A stretch of 64,000 nucleotides of DNA from Bryobacterales bacterium. GTDB taxonomy: Bacteria > Acidobacteriota > Terriglobia > Bryobacterales > Bryobacteraceae. Location of the stretch: the NCBI GenBank assembly GCA_009697505.1, contig SHUD01000003.1, forward strand, positions 21,919 to 85,918. Direction: 5' to 3'. A program made the translations under genes and the position numbers. Position 1 is the stretch's first letter; each line of letters starts with the position of its first letter. Below the pieces are notes generated by a model. It searched no databases and was not told where the DNA came from. It was given only the letters and a program-made list of their open reading frames with translations. Shown here in pieces: positions 28,640 through 37,688 of this stretch.

Positions 28640-29265
28640 TGGCGCAGGCACCGTTGGCCGGGCCTGAGACGCGGCAAAGCCACGGCCTGGATCAGTTCTG
28701 CGGATCGCTCGAGGAGCGGCCGGGCATGTCCATTCTGGACTTCTCCGGCGCGAGCCAGGCGACCGTCAGTTTTGTCACCGGCTACGGGCATCGTCTCTAT
28801 TCCGACGACTTCGTGCACGAGTTGGACCGCGTATTCGCACCTTCGCACACGGACCCGGCGCGGGGAGATTTTTTCGAGAACCAGTCCAACCCGCTGCTGA
28901 TTTCCGAATTTTTCGCGAGCGCGCTGCCTTTCGAAGACGAGATCTTTGACGGAGCGCTGGTGTGGGATTCGCTGCAGTTTCTGGCGTCGCCGCTGCTGCA
29001 GCAGGTGGTCGCGAAATTGCACCGCTCGCTGCGGCCGGGAGCCAACTTGCTGGCCCTGTTTCATACCGAGGAACGCATCGAGACGATTCCGACTTTCGCG
29101 TATCGCATTCAGGACCACCGCACCATCCAGATGTATTCGCGCTCCCTGCGCAAGCCCGCGCAGGTTTTCAATAACCGGAGCCTGGAGAAGCTGTTCCAGG
29201 ACTTCCGCTCCGTGAAGTTCTTCCTGACGCGGGACCGATTGAGAGAAGTGATCGTGAAACGGTAA
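28639..29265 (+). CDS. Class I SAM-methyltransferase-like protein (degenerate motif I)
   Basis: ILDFSGAS, LPF.DE.FDGALVWD.L.F, L.PG. Confidence 0.7.
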   Translation: MAQAPLAGPETRQSHGLDQFCGSLEERPGMSILDFSGASQATVSFVTGYGHRLYSDDFVHELDRVFAPSHTDPARGDFFENQSNPLLISEFFASALPFEDEIFDGALVWDSLQFLASPLLQQVVAKLHRSLRPGANLLALFHTEERIETIPTFAYRIQDHRTIQMYSRSLRKPAQVFNNRSLEKLFQDFRSVKFFLTRDRLREVIVKR

Positions 29266-29282
29266 GATGGAGCAGGCTTCTC

Positions 29283-29486
29283 ATGGATCCGCAGAAGATG
29301 GCAACGGCAAAAGAAGAGTTCCGGCGGCTCATCGATACACTTCCTGACGATGCTACCTGGGAAGACGTCCAATACTCCATCTACGTCCGCGAGCGCATCG
29401 AACGCGGCCGGCGCGAGGCCAGCGAGGGCAAGACCGTCGATCAAGGCGAGATCGAGCAGCGGATGCAACATTGGCTTACCGAATAG
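29283..29486 (+). CDS. Putative antitoxin (ParE-associated)
   Basis: LIDTLPDDATWEDVQY.IYVRERIERG..E..EG; overlaps downstream toxin start. Confidence 0.75.
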   Translation: MDPQKMATAKEEFRRLIDTLPDDATWEDVQYSIYVRERIERGRREASEGKTVDQGEIEQRMQHWLTE

Positions 29487-29849
29487 GCTGGACGGAATCG
29501 GCCTGGCAAGAGCTGGAATCCGCGGCGGAATATATCGCACGCGACTCGCCGCGATACGCTTCGGCATTGCTCGACGAGGCAAGATTCGCCGCGCGCTGCC
29601 CGGTGTACACGACAAGGCCGGGAACGTTATTTTGCCGATTACATCCGAACAGCAGAATTGCGAGAGCTAGCCATGCAGCCTTCATATGCGCTCCGGAAAT
29701 AGCCTGGCTCCGTGAAGGAACGCCAGAATGACGACCTGATCGGCTCGGATTTCGTATATCAACCGGTACTGCTTTACGAAGATCTCGCGGATCACGGACT
29801 CATTCAGCTCCGGAACAACGCGGCCTCGCGCGGAGAAACGTTGCAAAAG
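29471..29849. pseudogene. ParE/RelE toxin split by internal inversion
   Basis: N-half on + (29471-29596, MAYRIGWTESAWQELESAAEYIARDSP...); C-half on - (29849-29682, LQRFSARGRVVPEL...REIFVKQYRLIYEI...VILAFLHGAR). Confidence 0.8.
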
Positions 29850-30050
29850 GATTCCAACTACTGAACGTCGAAGCGAAGGCCACTCGAAGTGTTCCTTGCT
29901 CCATTCCAGTGGCTGATCTATATCGGCGCACTGGCGAGATAGTCCAAAGTTTGCCAGGATACGGCGTGAGGCTACGCCTTTTCAACTGAATTCACGGAAC
30001 GCTTTGTGGATCGCGCCTAGCGCCCCTTATACTGCCTAGAAGGAGTCATT

Positions 30051-31487
30051 TTGTCCCTCGAAGACAATCTGTTAGAGCAGCGCGTGAAGCGCACGCACGA
30101 AATTGAGGCGCTGGGGTTCCGCGCTTACGGACAGCGGTTTGATTTCACGCACACGGTGCCACAAATCATCGAGACCGAAAGCGCCAGGACCGCCGAGGAG
30201 TTGGAGGCCGCCAAGCCCAGAGTGCGCGTCGCCGGGCGCATCCGCACCATGCGCGGCAAAGGCAAGGCCGGGTTCCTGGACCTGATCCAATTGGGCCAGC
30301 GCCTGCAGGTCTATGTGCGCCAGGACGCGGTCAGTGAACGCGACTTCTCGCTGTACCAGTTGCTGGATTTGGGCGACATCATCGGCGTAGAAGGGTATCT
30401 GTTCCGCACGCGCACGGGCGAGTTGAGCGTGCACGCGGAAAAGCTGACGTTCCTTTCCAAGATCCTGCTCACCATGCCGGAAAAGTTCCACGGCCTGGAA
30501 GACGTCGAGATCCGCTACCGGCAGCGCTATTTGGATCTGATCGCGAATCCGGAATCGCAAAAAGTATTCGTGGCGCGCGCCAAGATGATTGCGTCCATGC
30601 GGCGGCAGCTCGACGAGCGCGGGTTTATCGAAGTGGAGACGCCGATGATGCAGCCGCTTTACGGTGGCGCCACCGCGCGCCCGTTCGTCACGCATCACAA
30701 CACGCTGGACATGGACCTGTACCTGCGCATCGCGCCGGAGCTGTATCTGAAGCGCCTGATCGTGGGCGGGCTGGAGCGGGTTTACGAGATCAATCGCAAC
30801 TTCCGTAATGAGGGCGTTTCCACGCGCCATAATCCGGAGTTCACCATGCTCGAGTTCTATCAGGCCTACACCGACTATCAGGGCCTGATGGATTTCACGG
30901 CGGAGCTACTGAAGCAGACGGTAACCGACGTCACCGGCTCACCCGTGGTGGAGTGGCAGGGGCACACGCTGGATTTCGGCAATATCCGGCGTGTATCGAT
31001 GCTGGAAGCGGTGGGCGCGGATACGCCCTTGCGCGGGCACGCGCTGGTGGAGGCGTTCGAGAGAAACGTGGAGCCGACGCTCATCGAGCCCACCATCATC
31101 TACGACTATCCGGTGGAAGTTTCGCCGCTCTCCAAGCTCAAGGCCAGCGACCCGGCGTTCGTCGAGCGCTTCGAAATCTACGCGGCGGGCATGGAGATTG
31201 GCAACGCCTACACTGAGTTGAACGACCCGCAGGAACAGCGGAAGCGCTTCGAAATGCAGTTGGAGCTGAAAGCCGCCGGCGACGAAGAGGCGCATCAGAT
31301 GGACGAAGATTACGTCCGCGCGCTGTCCTATGGGATGCCGCCGACGGGCGGCGAAGGCATCGGGATCGACCGCCTGGCGATGCTGCTGACGAACTCGGCC
31401 TCCATCCGCGACGTGATTTTATTTCCGTTGCTGCGCCCGGAAGGCGAGATCGGCCTGGCGGAAAAGCTGAAGAAATTGGACAGGTAA
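30051..31487 (+). CDS. lysS: Lysine--tRNA ligase (class II)
   Basis: [52 protein letters not shown]. Confidence 0.97.
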   Translation: MSLEDNLLEQRVKRTHEIEALGFRAYGQRFDFTHTVPQIIETESARTAEELEAAKPRVRVAGRIRTMRGKGKAGFLDLIQLGQRLQVYVRQDAVSERDFSLYQLLDLGDIIGVEGYLFRTRTGELSVHAEKLTFLSKILLTMPEKFHGLEDVEIRYRQRYLDLIANPESQKVFVARAKMIASMRRQLDERGFIEVETPMMQPLYGGATARPFVTHHNTLDMDLYLRIAPELYLKRLIVGGLERVYEINRNFRNEGVSTRHNPEFTMLEFYQAYTDYQGLMDFTAELLKQTVTDVTGSPVVEWQGHTLDFGNIRRVSMLEAVGADTPLRGHALVEAFERNVEPTLIEPTIIYDYPVEVSPLSKLKASDPAFVERFEIYAAGMEIGNAYTELNDPQEQRKRFEMQLELKAAGDEEAHQMDEDYVRALSYGMPPTGGEGIGIDRLAMLLTNSASIRDVILFPLLRPEGEIGLAEKLKKLDR

Positions 31488-31493
31488 GAGAAT

Positions 31494-31757
31494 TCAGGAG
31501 TCAGGAGTCAGGAGTCAAAATGGGTGCGGTGCGGGCGCCAGCCAGGACTTCGCGGAGGGATTCAAGCGTGCCGGACGCGCTGATAAAGTCCGTATGCTGA
31601 ATATCGCTCAAGGGCCGCTCGAAGAATGCCGGTATGATCTAATTCTGGCGGCTGATCTGAAATGTGGTTCCAACACAACCCTGGTTCCGCAAGCGGAAGA
31701 AGTGAGTAAAATCCTGGACGCCTACTCCAAAGCAATTCTGACTCCTGACTCCTGACT
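31494..31757 (+). pseudogene. Internally deleted four-helix-bundle (IVS-type) gene flanked by inverted heptamer repeats
   Basis: (TCAGGAG)3 on the left, (CTGACTC)n on the right, 19-bp perfect IR; remnant FAEGFKR...DK.RMLNIAQG.LEECRY.LILA.DL. Confidence 0.75.
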
Positions 31758-31765
31758 TCTTTCTC

Positions 31766-32995
31766 ATGTTCGAACTCTTCATCGCCCGCCGCTATCTACG
31801 CGCCAAGCGCAAGCAGGTGGTGATCTCCGTCATCACGGCGATTTCCGTGATCGGCGTGGCGGCGGGGGTCATGGCGTTGGTGGTGGCGATGGCGATCACC
31901 AATGGGTTCCGTGACACGCTGCAACGGAACTTACTTGGTGCCACGGCGCACGTTTCCGTTCTGGAGAAGGAACCGGGCGGCGGAATCGAACATTGGGAGC
32001 AACTGGCTCCGCAATTGGCCAAGATTCCTCACGTGAAGTCGGCCGCGCCGGCACTTTACGAAGACGGATACCTCAATGGCCCTGTGCAGGGTTCAGGCGT
32101 GGTGATTAAGGGAATCGACGCACGGCCCAACGCTGCGGTGCCGGATTCTCTGCGCAACTTGAAGTCCGGCTCGCTGGAGGGTTTGCGCACCGGTGGCGAC
32201 GATCTGCCGGGCATCGTTCTGGGAAGGCGGCTGGCCGATAGCGTCGGAGCGGTCACCGGTAAGCAGGTTACACTACTGATCCCCAACGGGCAGCTCACGC
32301 CGTTCGGTCCGCGGCCCAGTTATGTGCGGCTGCGCGTGGCCGGCATTTTCGAGACCGGCTTCTATGATGTGGATATGACCCGGGCTTACATGGCTCTGCC
32401 GCGGGCGCAGAAAATCTACGAAGTGCCCGGCGCCGTCAACAGCATTGAGTTGCTGCTGGATGATATCTACGCAGCTCCACAGGCCGCCGCCGCGGCGGAA
32501 AAGATCATCGGACCGAAGCTGGCCGCGACCACCTGGGGCGAGCAGAACCGGCAACTGCTGAGCGCTTTGACCAGCGAGCGCACGGTCACCATCATCACCA
32601 TCGGCCTGATTCAACTGGTGGCCGCGCTCAATATTCTGATCACGCTGGTGATGATGGTCATGGAAAAGCATCGCGACATCGGGATTCTGATGTCCCTGGG
32701 CGCGAAAACCAAGCAGATCCGCAACGTGTTTGTGTTCGAAGGGGCGCTGATCGGCGCGTTGGGCACGGCGCTGGGTCTGATCGCCGGCCACGTCATCTGT
32801 TATTTCGCGGAGCGCTATCAATGGGTCCGTTTGGACGCGCAGGTGTACTCCATCCCGTATGTTCCATTTGAGCCGCGCTTGTTCGACGCAGTTTGGATCG
32901 CGGCGGCGGCAATCGCGGTCAGCCTGATCGCGACACTGTATCCGGCGCGCAGCGCCACGCGCATCACTCCAGTGGAGTCGTTACGATATGAGTAA
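31766..32995 (+). CDS. Lipoprotein-releasing ABC permease LolC/E
   Basis: ELFIARRYLRAKRK, IGVAAGV.AL..AMAI.NGF, MVMEK.RDIGIL.SLGA, TLYPA..A....PVE.LRYE. Confidence 0.9.
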   Translation: MFELFIARRYLRAKRKQVVISVITAISVIGVAAGVMALVVAMAITNGFRDTLQRNLLGATAHVSVLEKEPGGGIEHWEQLAPQLAKIPHVKSAAPALYEDGYLNGPVQGSGVVIKGIDARPNAAVPDSLRNLKSGSLEGLRTGGDDLPGIVLGRRLADSVGAVTGKQVTLLIPNGQLTPFGPRPSYVRLRVAGIFETGFYDVDMTRAYMALPRAQKIYEVPGAVNSIELLLDDIYAAPQAAAAAEKIIGPKLAATTWGEQNRQLLSALTSERTVTIITIGLIQLVAALNILITLVMMVMEKHRDIGILMSLGAKTKQIRNVFVFEGALIGALGTALGLIAGHVICYFAERYQWVRLDAQVYSIPYVPFEPRLFDAVWIAAAAIAVSLIATLYPARSATRITPVESLRYE

Positions 32996-33349
32996 ATGCC
33001 ACAGCTCATATCGGCTCCTACTCTGATCCCCGTTCCCGGCAACAAGATCATCGAAGAATTCATCGGCCACGTCAATTCCGGCGATGCGCGGGTCAGCATT
33101 GCCCGCATGAATAGCCCAGCCGGTTGGTCCGAACCCGGGCAGCGGCCGGATTTCGATGAATTCAGTGTAATACTGAAGGGCACGCTGCGCGTCGAGCATG
33201 AGGCCGGTTTACTGGACGTCAAAGCCGGTCAGGCGATCATCGCGCGGAAAGGCGAATGGGTCCGCTACAGCACGCCCGAGGGCGCCGAGTACGTGGCCAT
33301 CTGCGTGCCCGCATTTACGGTTGATACCGTACACCGGGACGTACCATAG
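32996..33349 (+). CDS. Cupin-domain protein
   Basis: K.IEEFIG.VNS, GWSEPGQRP.FDE, GEWVRYSTP, C.PAF..DTVHRD. Confidence 0.85.
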   Translation: MPQLISAPTLIPVPGNKIIEEFIGHVNSGDARVSIARMNSPAGWSEPGQRPDFDEFSVILKGTLRVEHEAGLLDVKAGQAIIARKGEWVRYSTPEGAEYVAICVPAFTVDTVHRDVP

Positions 33350-33365
33350 CCAGTTCCCTTGACCA

Positions 33366-33644
33366 TCACGATTTACTTTGGGCAAGAACGGCTTCGATTT
33401 GCTCCAGGTTGAACGCGTTCAATCCGACGACTTTGGCTTGCGCGCGGAACAGCGGCGGGACCACCAACCGGGCTTCCTCTTTGTTGGCCGCCTCTACCAC
33501 AAGCCAGGCGCTATGCACGCCGTCCATGCAACCCCAGTGCGCATGGGTCAGGAAATGGGATCCCGATGTGAGAAACACCTCCACGATCCGGGCGCAGGAC
33601 AAGGTTTCTTCGGGATGTGGTACTTCGATGAGAAATTGGGGCAC
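33366..33644 (-). CDS. Hypothetical protein
   Basis: FLIEVPH...C...FL..GSHFLTHA.WGC.DG.H.AW. Confidence 0.6.
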   Translation of the reverse strand: MPQFLIEVPHPEETLSCARIVEVFLTSGSHFLTHAHWGCMDGVHSAWLVVEAANKEEARLVVPPLFRAQAKVVGLNAFNLEQIEAVLAQSKS

Positions 33645-33795
33645 TACGTAAACCCTCTCTATGGTTCGCGCCGGGCTCGCCAAGTCTCCCAATTATATCC
33701 GTAGAATTTCCAGGGGAGCAAACTGACTGCGCCGGCCGAATCTGCTACTGCAGTTTGCCGAAGTCACCGTCATGCCGGCCACCATCTGGCGGTCG

Positions 33796-33864
33796 GAGGG
33801 CGCCGAGTACGTGGCGCTCCGCGTGCCGGCATTTTCGGTGGATACGGTACATCGGGATGCGTGA
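33796..33864 (+). repeat. Diverged copy of the cupin gene 3' end
   Basis: Encodes EGAEYVALRVPAFSVDTVHRDA* versus EGAEYVAICVPAFTVDTVHRDVP* at 33278-33349; first 20 nt identical. Confidence 0.8.
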
Positions 33865-33964
33865 GTTCCTGGAAGGCGGTCTAGCCGCCTGTCCTTGAGA
33901 TTCCGCTCGCGTTGAATCCCGCGGCGGCGGCGGCGAACGAGCCCGGCCCGCGAGAGCCTAGACC

Positions 33965-34993
33965 TCACTGGCCGGCGCGGAAAAGCTGAATGACTTCCAT
34001 GGTCAGCCAGCCGACCAGCGCGGAAGCAGGGATGGTCAGCACCCAAGCCCAAACAATGTTGGTTGCCAAGCCCCAGCGGACCGCCTTCACGCGCTGGATG
34101 GTGCCGACGCCGGCAATGGATCCCGCCACGACGTGAGTCGTGGAAATCGGCAAGCTCAAGTGGGTCGCAAACAGGATCGAGAGCGCGGCGGCGGTCTCCG
34201 CGCATACGCCGCTGCGGGGCCGGAGACGCGTCAGTCGCGATCCCATGGTCTGCACGATGCGCCATCCGCCGCTCAGCGTTCCCAGTGCGATCGCGCCATA
34301 GGCCGCGAAGATCACCCAGGTGGGTACGGCGAATTTAGTTATCATACCGGAGGTCAGCAGTACGCCCGTGATGATACCGGCGGTTTTTTGCGCGTCATTG
34401 GCCCCATGGGAAAAGCTCAACAGCGCGGAAGACACCAATTGAAGTCTGCGGAAATAGGGATCCACCCTGGCGGGATGTGCATTACGAAAGCCCCAAAACA
34501 TCGCGATCATGAGCCCGTAAGCCAGCGCCATCCCGATCAACGGCGCGATCACGATAAAAATCAGGGTCTTGATCCAAGCGCCCGCAATCAACACCTCCAA
34601 GCTGCGATCCAGCCCGCGCAGGCGCGCTGCGTTGGCCATGGCAGCTCCCGCATAGCCGCCTATGAGGGCGTGGGATGAGCTACTGGGCAATCCGAACCAC
34701 CAAGTAATGAGATCCCAAGTAATGGCTCCCACCAATCCGGCCAAAATTACGAGCGGAGTCACGAACTTCAGGTCGATCATCCCCGAACCCACCGTGCTGG
34801 CCACGCCCGTGCCCACGCTAAACACAGCGATGAAGTTGAAAACCGCGGCCCACAGCACCGCCAGCTTCGGGGATAGCACGCGGGTGGCGACGACGGTCGC
34901 GATCGAATTGGCGGCATCGTGAAATCCGTTCACGAAATCGAAAGCGAGCGCAACCAGAATAATGACGGAGACCAGAAGCAGCGTGAAATCCAT
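33965..34993 (-). CDS. pit: Inorganic phosphate transporter, PiT family
   Basis: NGFHDAANSIAT, GLPSSSSHALIG, SHGANDAQK, PISTTH. Confidence 0.93.
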   Translation of the reverse strand: MDFTLLLVSVIILVALAFDFVNGFHDAANSIATVVATRVLSPKLAVLWAAVFNFIAVFSVGTGVASTVGSGMIDLKFVTPLVILAGLVGAITWDLITWWFGLPSSSSHALIGGYAGAAMANAARLRGLDRSLEVLIAGAWIKTLIFIVIAPLIGMALAYGLMIAMFWGFRNAHPARVDPYFRRLQLVSSALLSFSHGANDAQKTAGIITGVLLTSGMITKFAVPTWVIFAAYGAIALGTLSGGWRIVQTMGSRLTRLRPRSGVCAETAAALSILFATHLSLPISTTHVVAGSIAGVGTIQRVKAVRWGLATNIVWAWVLTIPASALVGWLTMEVIQLFRAGQ

Positions 34994-35000
34994 GTGCGGC

Positions 35001-35615
35001 TTAGCTATTCTTGACTTTGACGTTCTGCAGCGCATCGACGACATCTTCGCAATAGTCGGTGGTTTGCTCCAGAAACTCATAGATCTCTTTGAGCTTCATG
35101 ATTCGAATCGGGTCTTTCTCGTGCTCGAAGAGATCCGCCACGGCACTGCGGCCAAGCAGGTCAGCGGCTTCCTCCAGCCGGTTCACCTCTATGCAGTGGT
35201 TCATGAGCGGCTTACCCTTGGCCAGGGCTTCGAAGGCTAACTGAATTGCGGTGCCGCAGCCCTGCACGAGCCGGCACAGTTCCACAACCGTATTGGGGAT
35301 GGGCTCAATCTTGTAGGCCAGCATGCGGTGGACAGAATCTTCAATGCCGTCGATCACGTCATCCAGGTGTGAGGACAAGGAGTGGATGTCTTCGGGATCG
35401 AGCGGCGTGATGAAGGTCGAGTTCAGATGCGAGTAAATCTCGTGAATCACCGTATCGGCCTGCTCTTCAATGGCACGGATCTGATGTGCCGCGCTGGCAA
35501 GGTGGGCATCACCCGCGGCAGCACCCTCCACAAGAAGAACGGAGGCTTGGCAGATGAAGTTGGCCTGCTGCAGGAAGTACTCGAAAAATTTGTCTTCGCG
35601 CGGAAGGAATTTCAT
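35001..35615 (-). CDS. DUF47/PhoU-like phosphate transport accessory protein
   Basis: TFITPLD.EDI..L...LDDV.D, E..AD, K.IYE.LE..TD.CED. Confidence 0.9.
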   Translation of the reverse strand: MKFLPREDKFFEYFLQQANFICQASVLLVEGAAAGDAHLASAAHQIRAIEEQADTVIHEIYSHLNSTFITPLDPEDIHSLSSHLDDVIDGIEDSVHRMLAYKIEPIPNTVVELCRLVQGCGTAIQLAFEALAKGKPLMNHCIEVNRLEEAADLLGRSAVADLFEHEKDPIRIMKLKEIYEFLEQTTDYCEDVVDALQNVKVKNS

Positions 35616-35902
35616 GAGATAATTAACTATCTTCCCACGCCGCGGCAGCAAGCGGGAACAGCGGCGCCGGAATCAAACAAAGTAACCGGGGAATTCACAG
35701 CCAGACGGACAGGCGCGGCGGCTCCCATGGGCGTTAGCGACGCCACAATACAGGCCCAGCCAATCCTCGAGAGCCACATTGGTAAGCCGTTCCGCAATTG
35801 ACACCCTCTTGCCGGCGACACTATCATGATTATCGGCGGTGGTCGCATGACTGCCGCTAACCAAAGTAGGTTCTGGCTCGTCCTGAGTAGAGTTACGTAA
35901 CT

Positions 35903-36892
35903 ATGATCAAAGTCGAAGGCTTGACCAAGCGGTATGCCCGGCATGTCGCTGTGGATAACATCTCATTTGAGGTAGGGAGAGGCCAGATCGTCGGCTTCCT
36001 GGGGCCCAATGGAGCCGGGAAAACCACGACGATGCGCGTGCTGACCTGTTTTCTGCCTCCCAGTTCCGGCACGGCGCGCGTCGGGGATTTCGATGTCCTC
36101 GAGCAGCCCATGGAAGTGAAGAAGCGCATCGGGTATCTGCCGGAAACCCCGCCGCTGTACCCGGAAATGGAAGTCCGCGAATATCTGGACTTCGTCGGCC
36201 GGTTGAAGGGGCTACGCGGCGAACAACTGGCGAAACGCGTGGATGAGGTGGCGGAGCGGTGTTCGGTGGCCGACGTGAAGTCCAAGCTCATCGGTAAGCT
36301 CTCCAAAGGCTACCGGCAGCGCGTGGGGCTGGCGCAGGCCATCATCCACAACCCGGACGTGCTGATTTTAGACGAGCCCACTTCGGGTCTGGATCCGCAG
36401 CAGATCATCGAAACGCGCGATCTGATCAAGGGACTGGCCGGCAGCCACACCATCATCCTTTCCACGCACATTCTGCCCGAAGTGGAGCAGATCTGCGAAC
36501 GCGTCATCATCATCGCCAAAGGCAAGCTGGTGGCGACCGATACCGTGGCGAATCTGACCAGCCGCCTGCGCGGCGCCGAGACTGTCTCGCTGGAAGTGAC
36601 GGCGCGCAACGGGGCGGATCTGAGTTCCAGCGAAGTGCAGGAAAAGCTGGAGCGGGTTTCCGGCGTGAGCCGCGTGTCTTCGAAATCGGCGCGCGATGGC
36701 GCTCTGGCGTTCATGATCGAGAGCCAGCAGGGGCAGCACGTGCGGCCGGAACTGGCGCGCGCGGTGATCGAAGCCGGATGGAACTTAAATGAATTGCATG
36801 CGGTGGGCTTGAGCCTGGAAGAAATCTTCCTGGAACTCACCGGGGCGCCGAACCGGGACGTGACGGCTCCGCACGCGACCACTGTGAGTTAG
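35903..36892 (+). CDS. ABC transporter ATP-binding protein (GldA-like)
   Basis: GPNGAGKTT, LSKGYRQRVGLAQA, ILDEPT, STHILPEV. Confidence 0.92.
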   Translation: MIKVEGLTKRYARHVAVDNISFEVGRGQIVGFLGPNGAGKTTTMRVLTCFLPPSSGTARVGDFDVLEQPMEVKKRIGYLPETPPLYPEMEVREYLDFVGRLKGLRGEQLAKRVDEVAERCSVADVKSKLIGKLSKGYRQRVGLAQAIIHNPDVLILDEPTSGLDPQQIIETRDLIKGLAGSHTIILSTHILPEVEQICERVIIIAKGKLVATDTVANLTSRLRGAETVSLEVTARNGADLSSSEVQEKLERVSGVSRVSSKSARDGALAFMIESQQGQHVRPELARAVIEAGWNLNELHAVGLSLEEIFLELTGAPNRDVTAPHATTVS

Positions 36893-36920
36893 AGACCGTC
36901 GCTTAAATGAGAGGCCAAGC

Positions 36921-37685
36921 ATGAATGCAATCACAATCTTCCGCAAGGAATTGATCAGTTACTTCCGGTCGCCCATTGCCTACGGGGTGATGGCGTTTTT
37001 CGCCCTCATCACAGGTTATTTCTTTTACATCGCCGTGGCGTACTTCGTGCAGATGGGAATTCAAAGCTCCATGATGGGGCAGAGCCAGCCCATGAACGTC
37101 AATGAGTCCGTGATCCAGCCGGTGTTATCGAACATCAGCGTGATCGGGCTATTCATGATTCCCATGATGACCATGCGTTTGTTCGCAGAGGAGAAGCGCA
37201 CGGGCACGATTGAGCTTCTGGTCACTTCGCCGGTAACCGACTGGGAAATCATTATGGGCAAATGGCTGGCGGCGCTGGTGCTGTATGCGTCAATGCTGGG
37301 GCTGTCGCTGCTCAGCATCGCGACGCTATTCCTGTATGGCAGCCCGGACTGGCGGCCGATGCTGGTGGGTTATCTGGGACTGCTGCTGCAAGGCGGGAGC
37401 CTGCTGGCCATCGGGACGTTTATCTCCACCTGCACGCGCAACCAAATTGTGGCAGGCGTGGCCGGCTTCAGCGTGTCCTTGCTTTTGTGGGTGCTGAACT
37501 GGCTCTCCGCGTTCCAGGATTCGGCCGCGGCTAAAGTAGTCGCCTACATGTCGGTGTTGCAGCATTTCGAATCCTTCGCGCGAGGTGTTCTGGATTCCAA
37601 AGACATCCTTTATTATTTGTCAGCGATTTTCATCGGTCTATTTCTGACCGGGCGGTCGCTGGAATCGCTGCGGTGGAGGGCATAA
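36921..37685 (+). CDS. ABC-2 permease (GldF-like)
   Basis: F.SPIAY, TMRLFAEEKRTGT.ELL.T.P, T.NQIVA. Confidence 0.9.
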   Translation: MNAITIFRKELISYFRSPIAYGVMAFFALITGYFFYIAVAYFVQMGIQSSMMGQSQPMNVNESVIQPVLSNISVIGLFMIPMMTMRLFAEEKRTGTIELLVTSPVTDWEIIMGKWLAALVLYASMLGLSLLSIATLFLYGSPDWRPMLVGYLGLLLQGGSLLAIGTFISTCTRNQIVAGVAGFSVSLLLWVLNWLSAFQDSAAAKVVAYMSVLQHFESFARGVLDSKDILYYLSAIFIGLFLTGRSLESLRWRA

Positions 37686-37688
37686 CGT

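Noticed and set aside
29597..29849. Recombinase-driven phase-variable inverton
   Set aside because: No flanking inverted repeats and no invertase nearby; kept only as a one-off inversion or artefact
31494..31757. CRISPR array
   Set aside because: Only short heptamer tandems, no spacers and no cas genes
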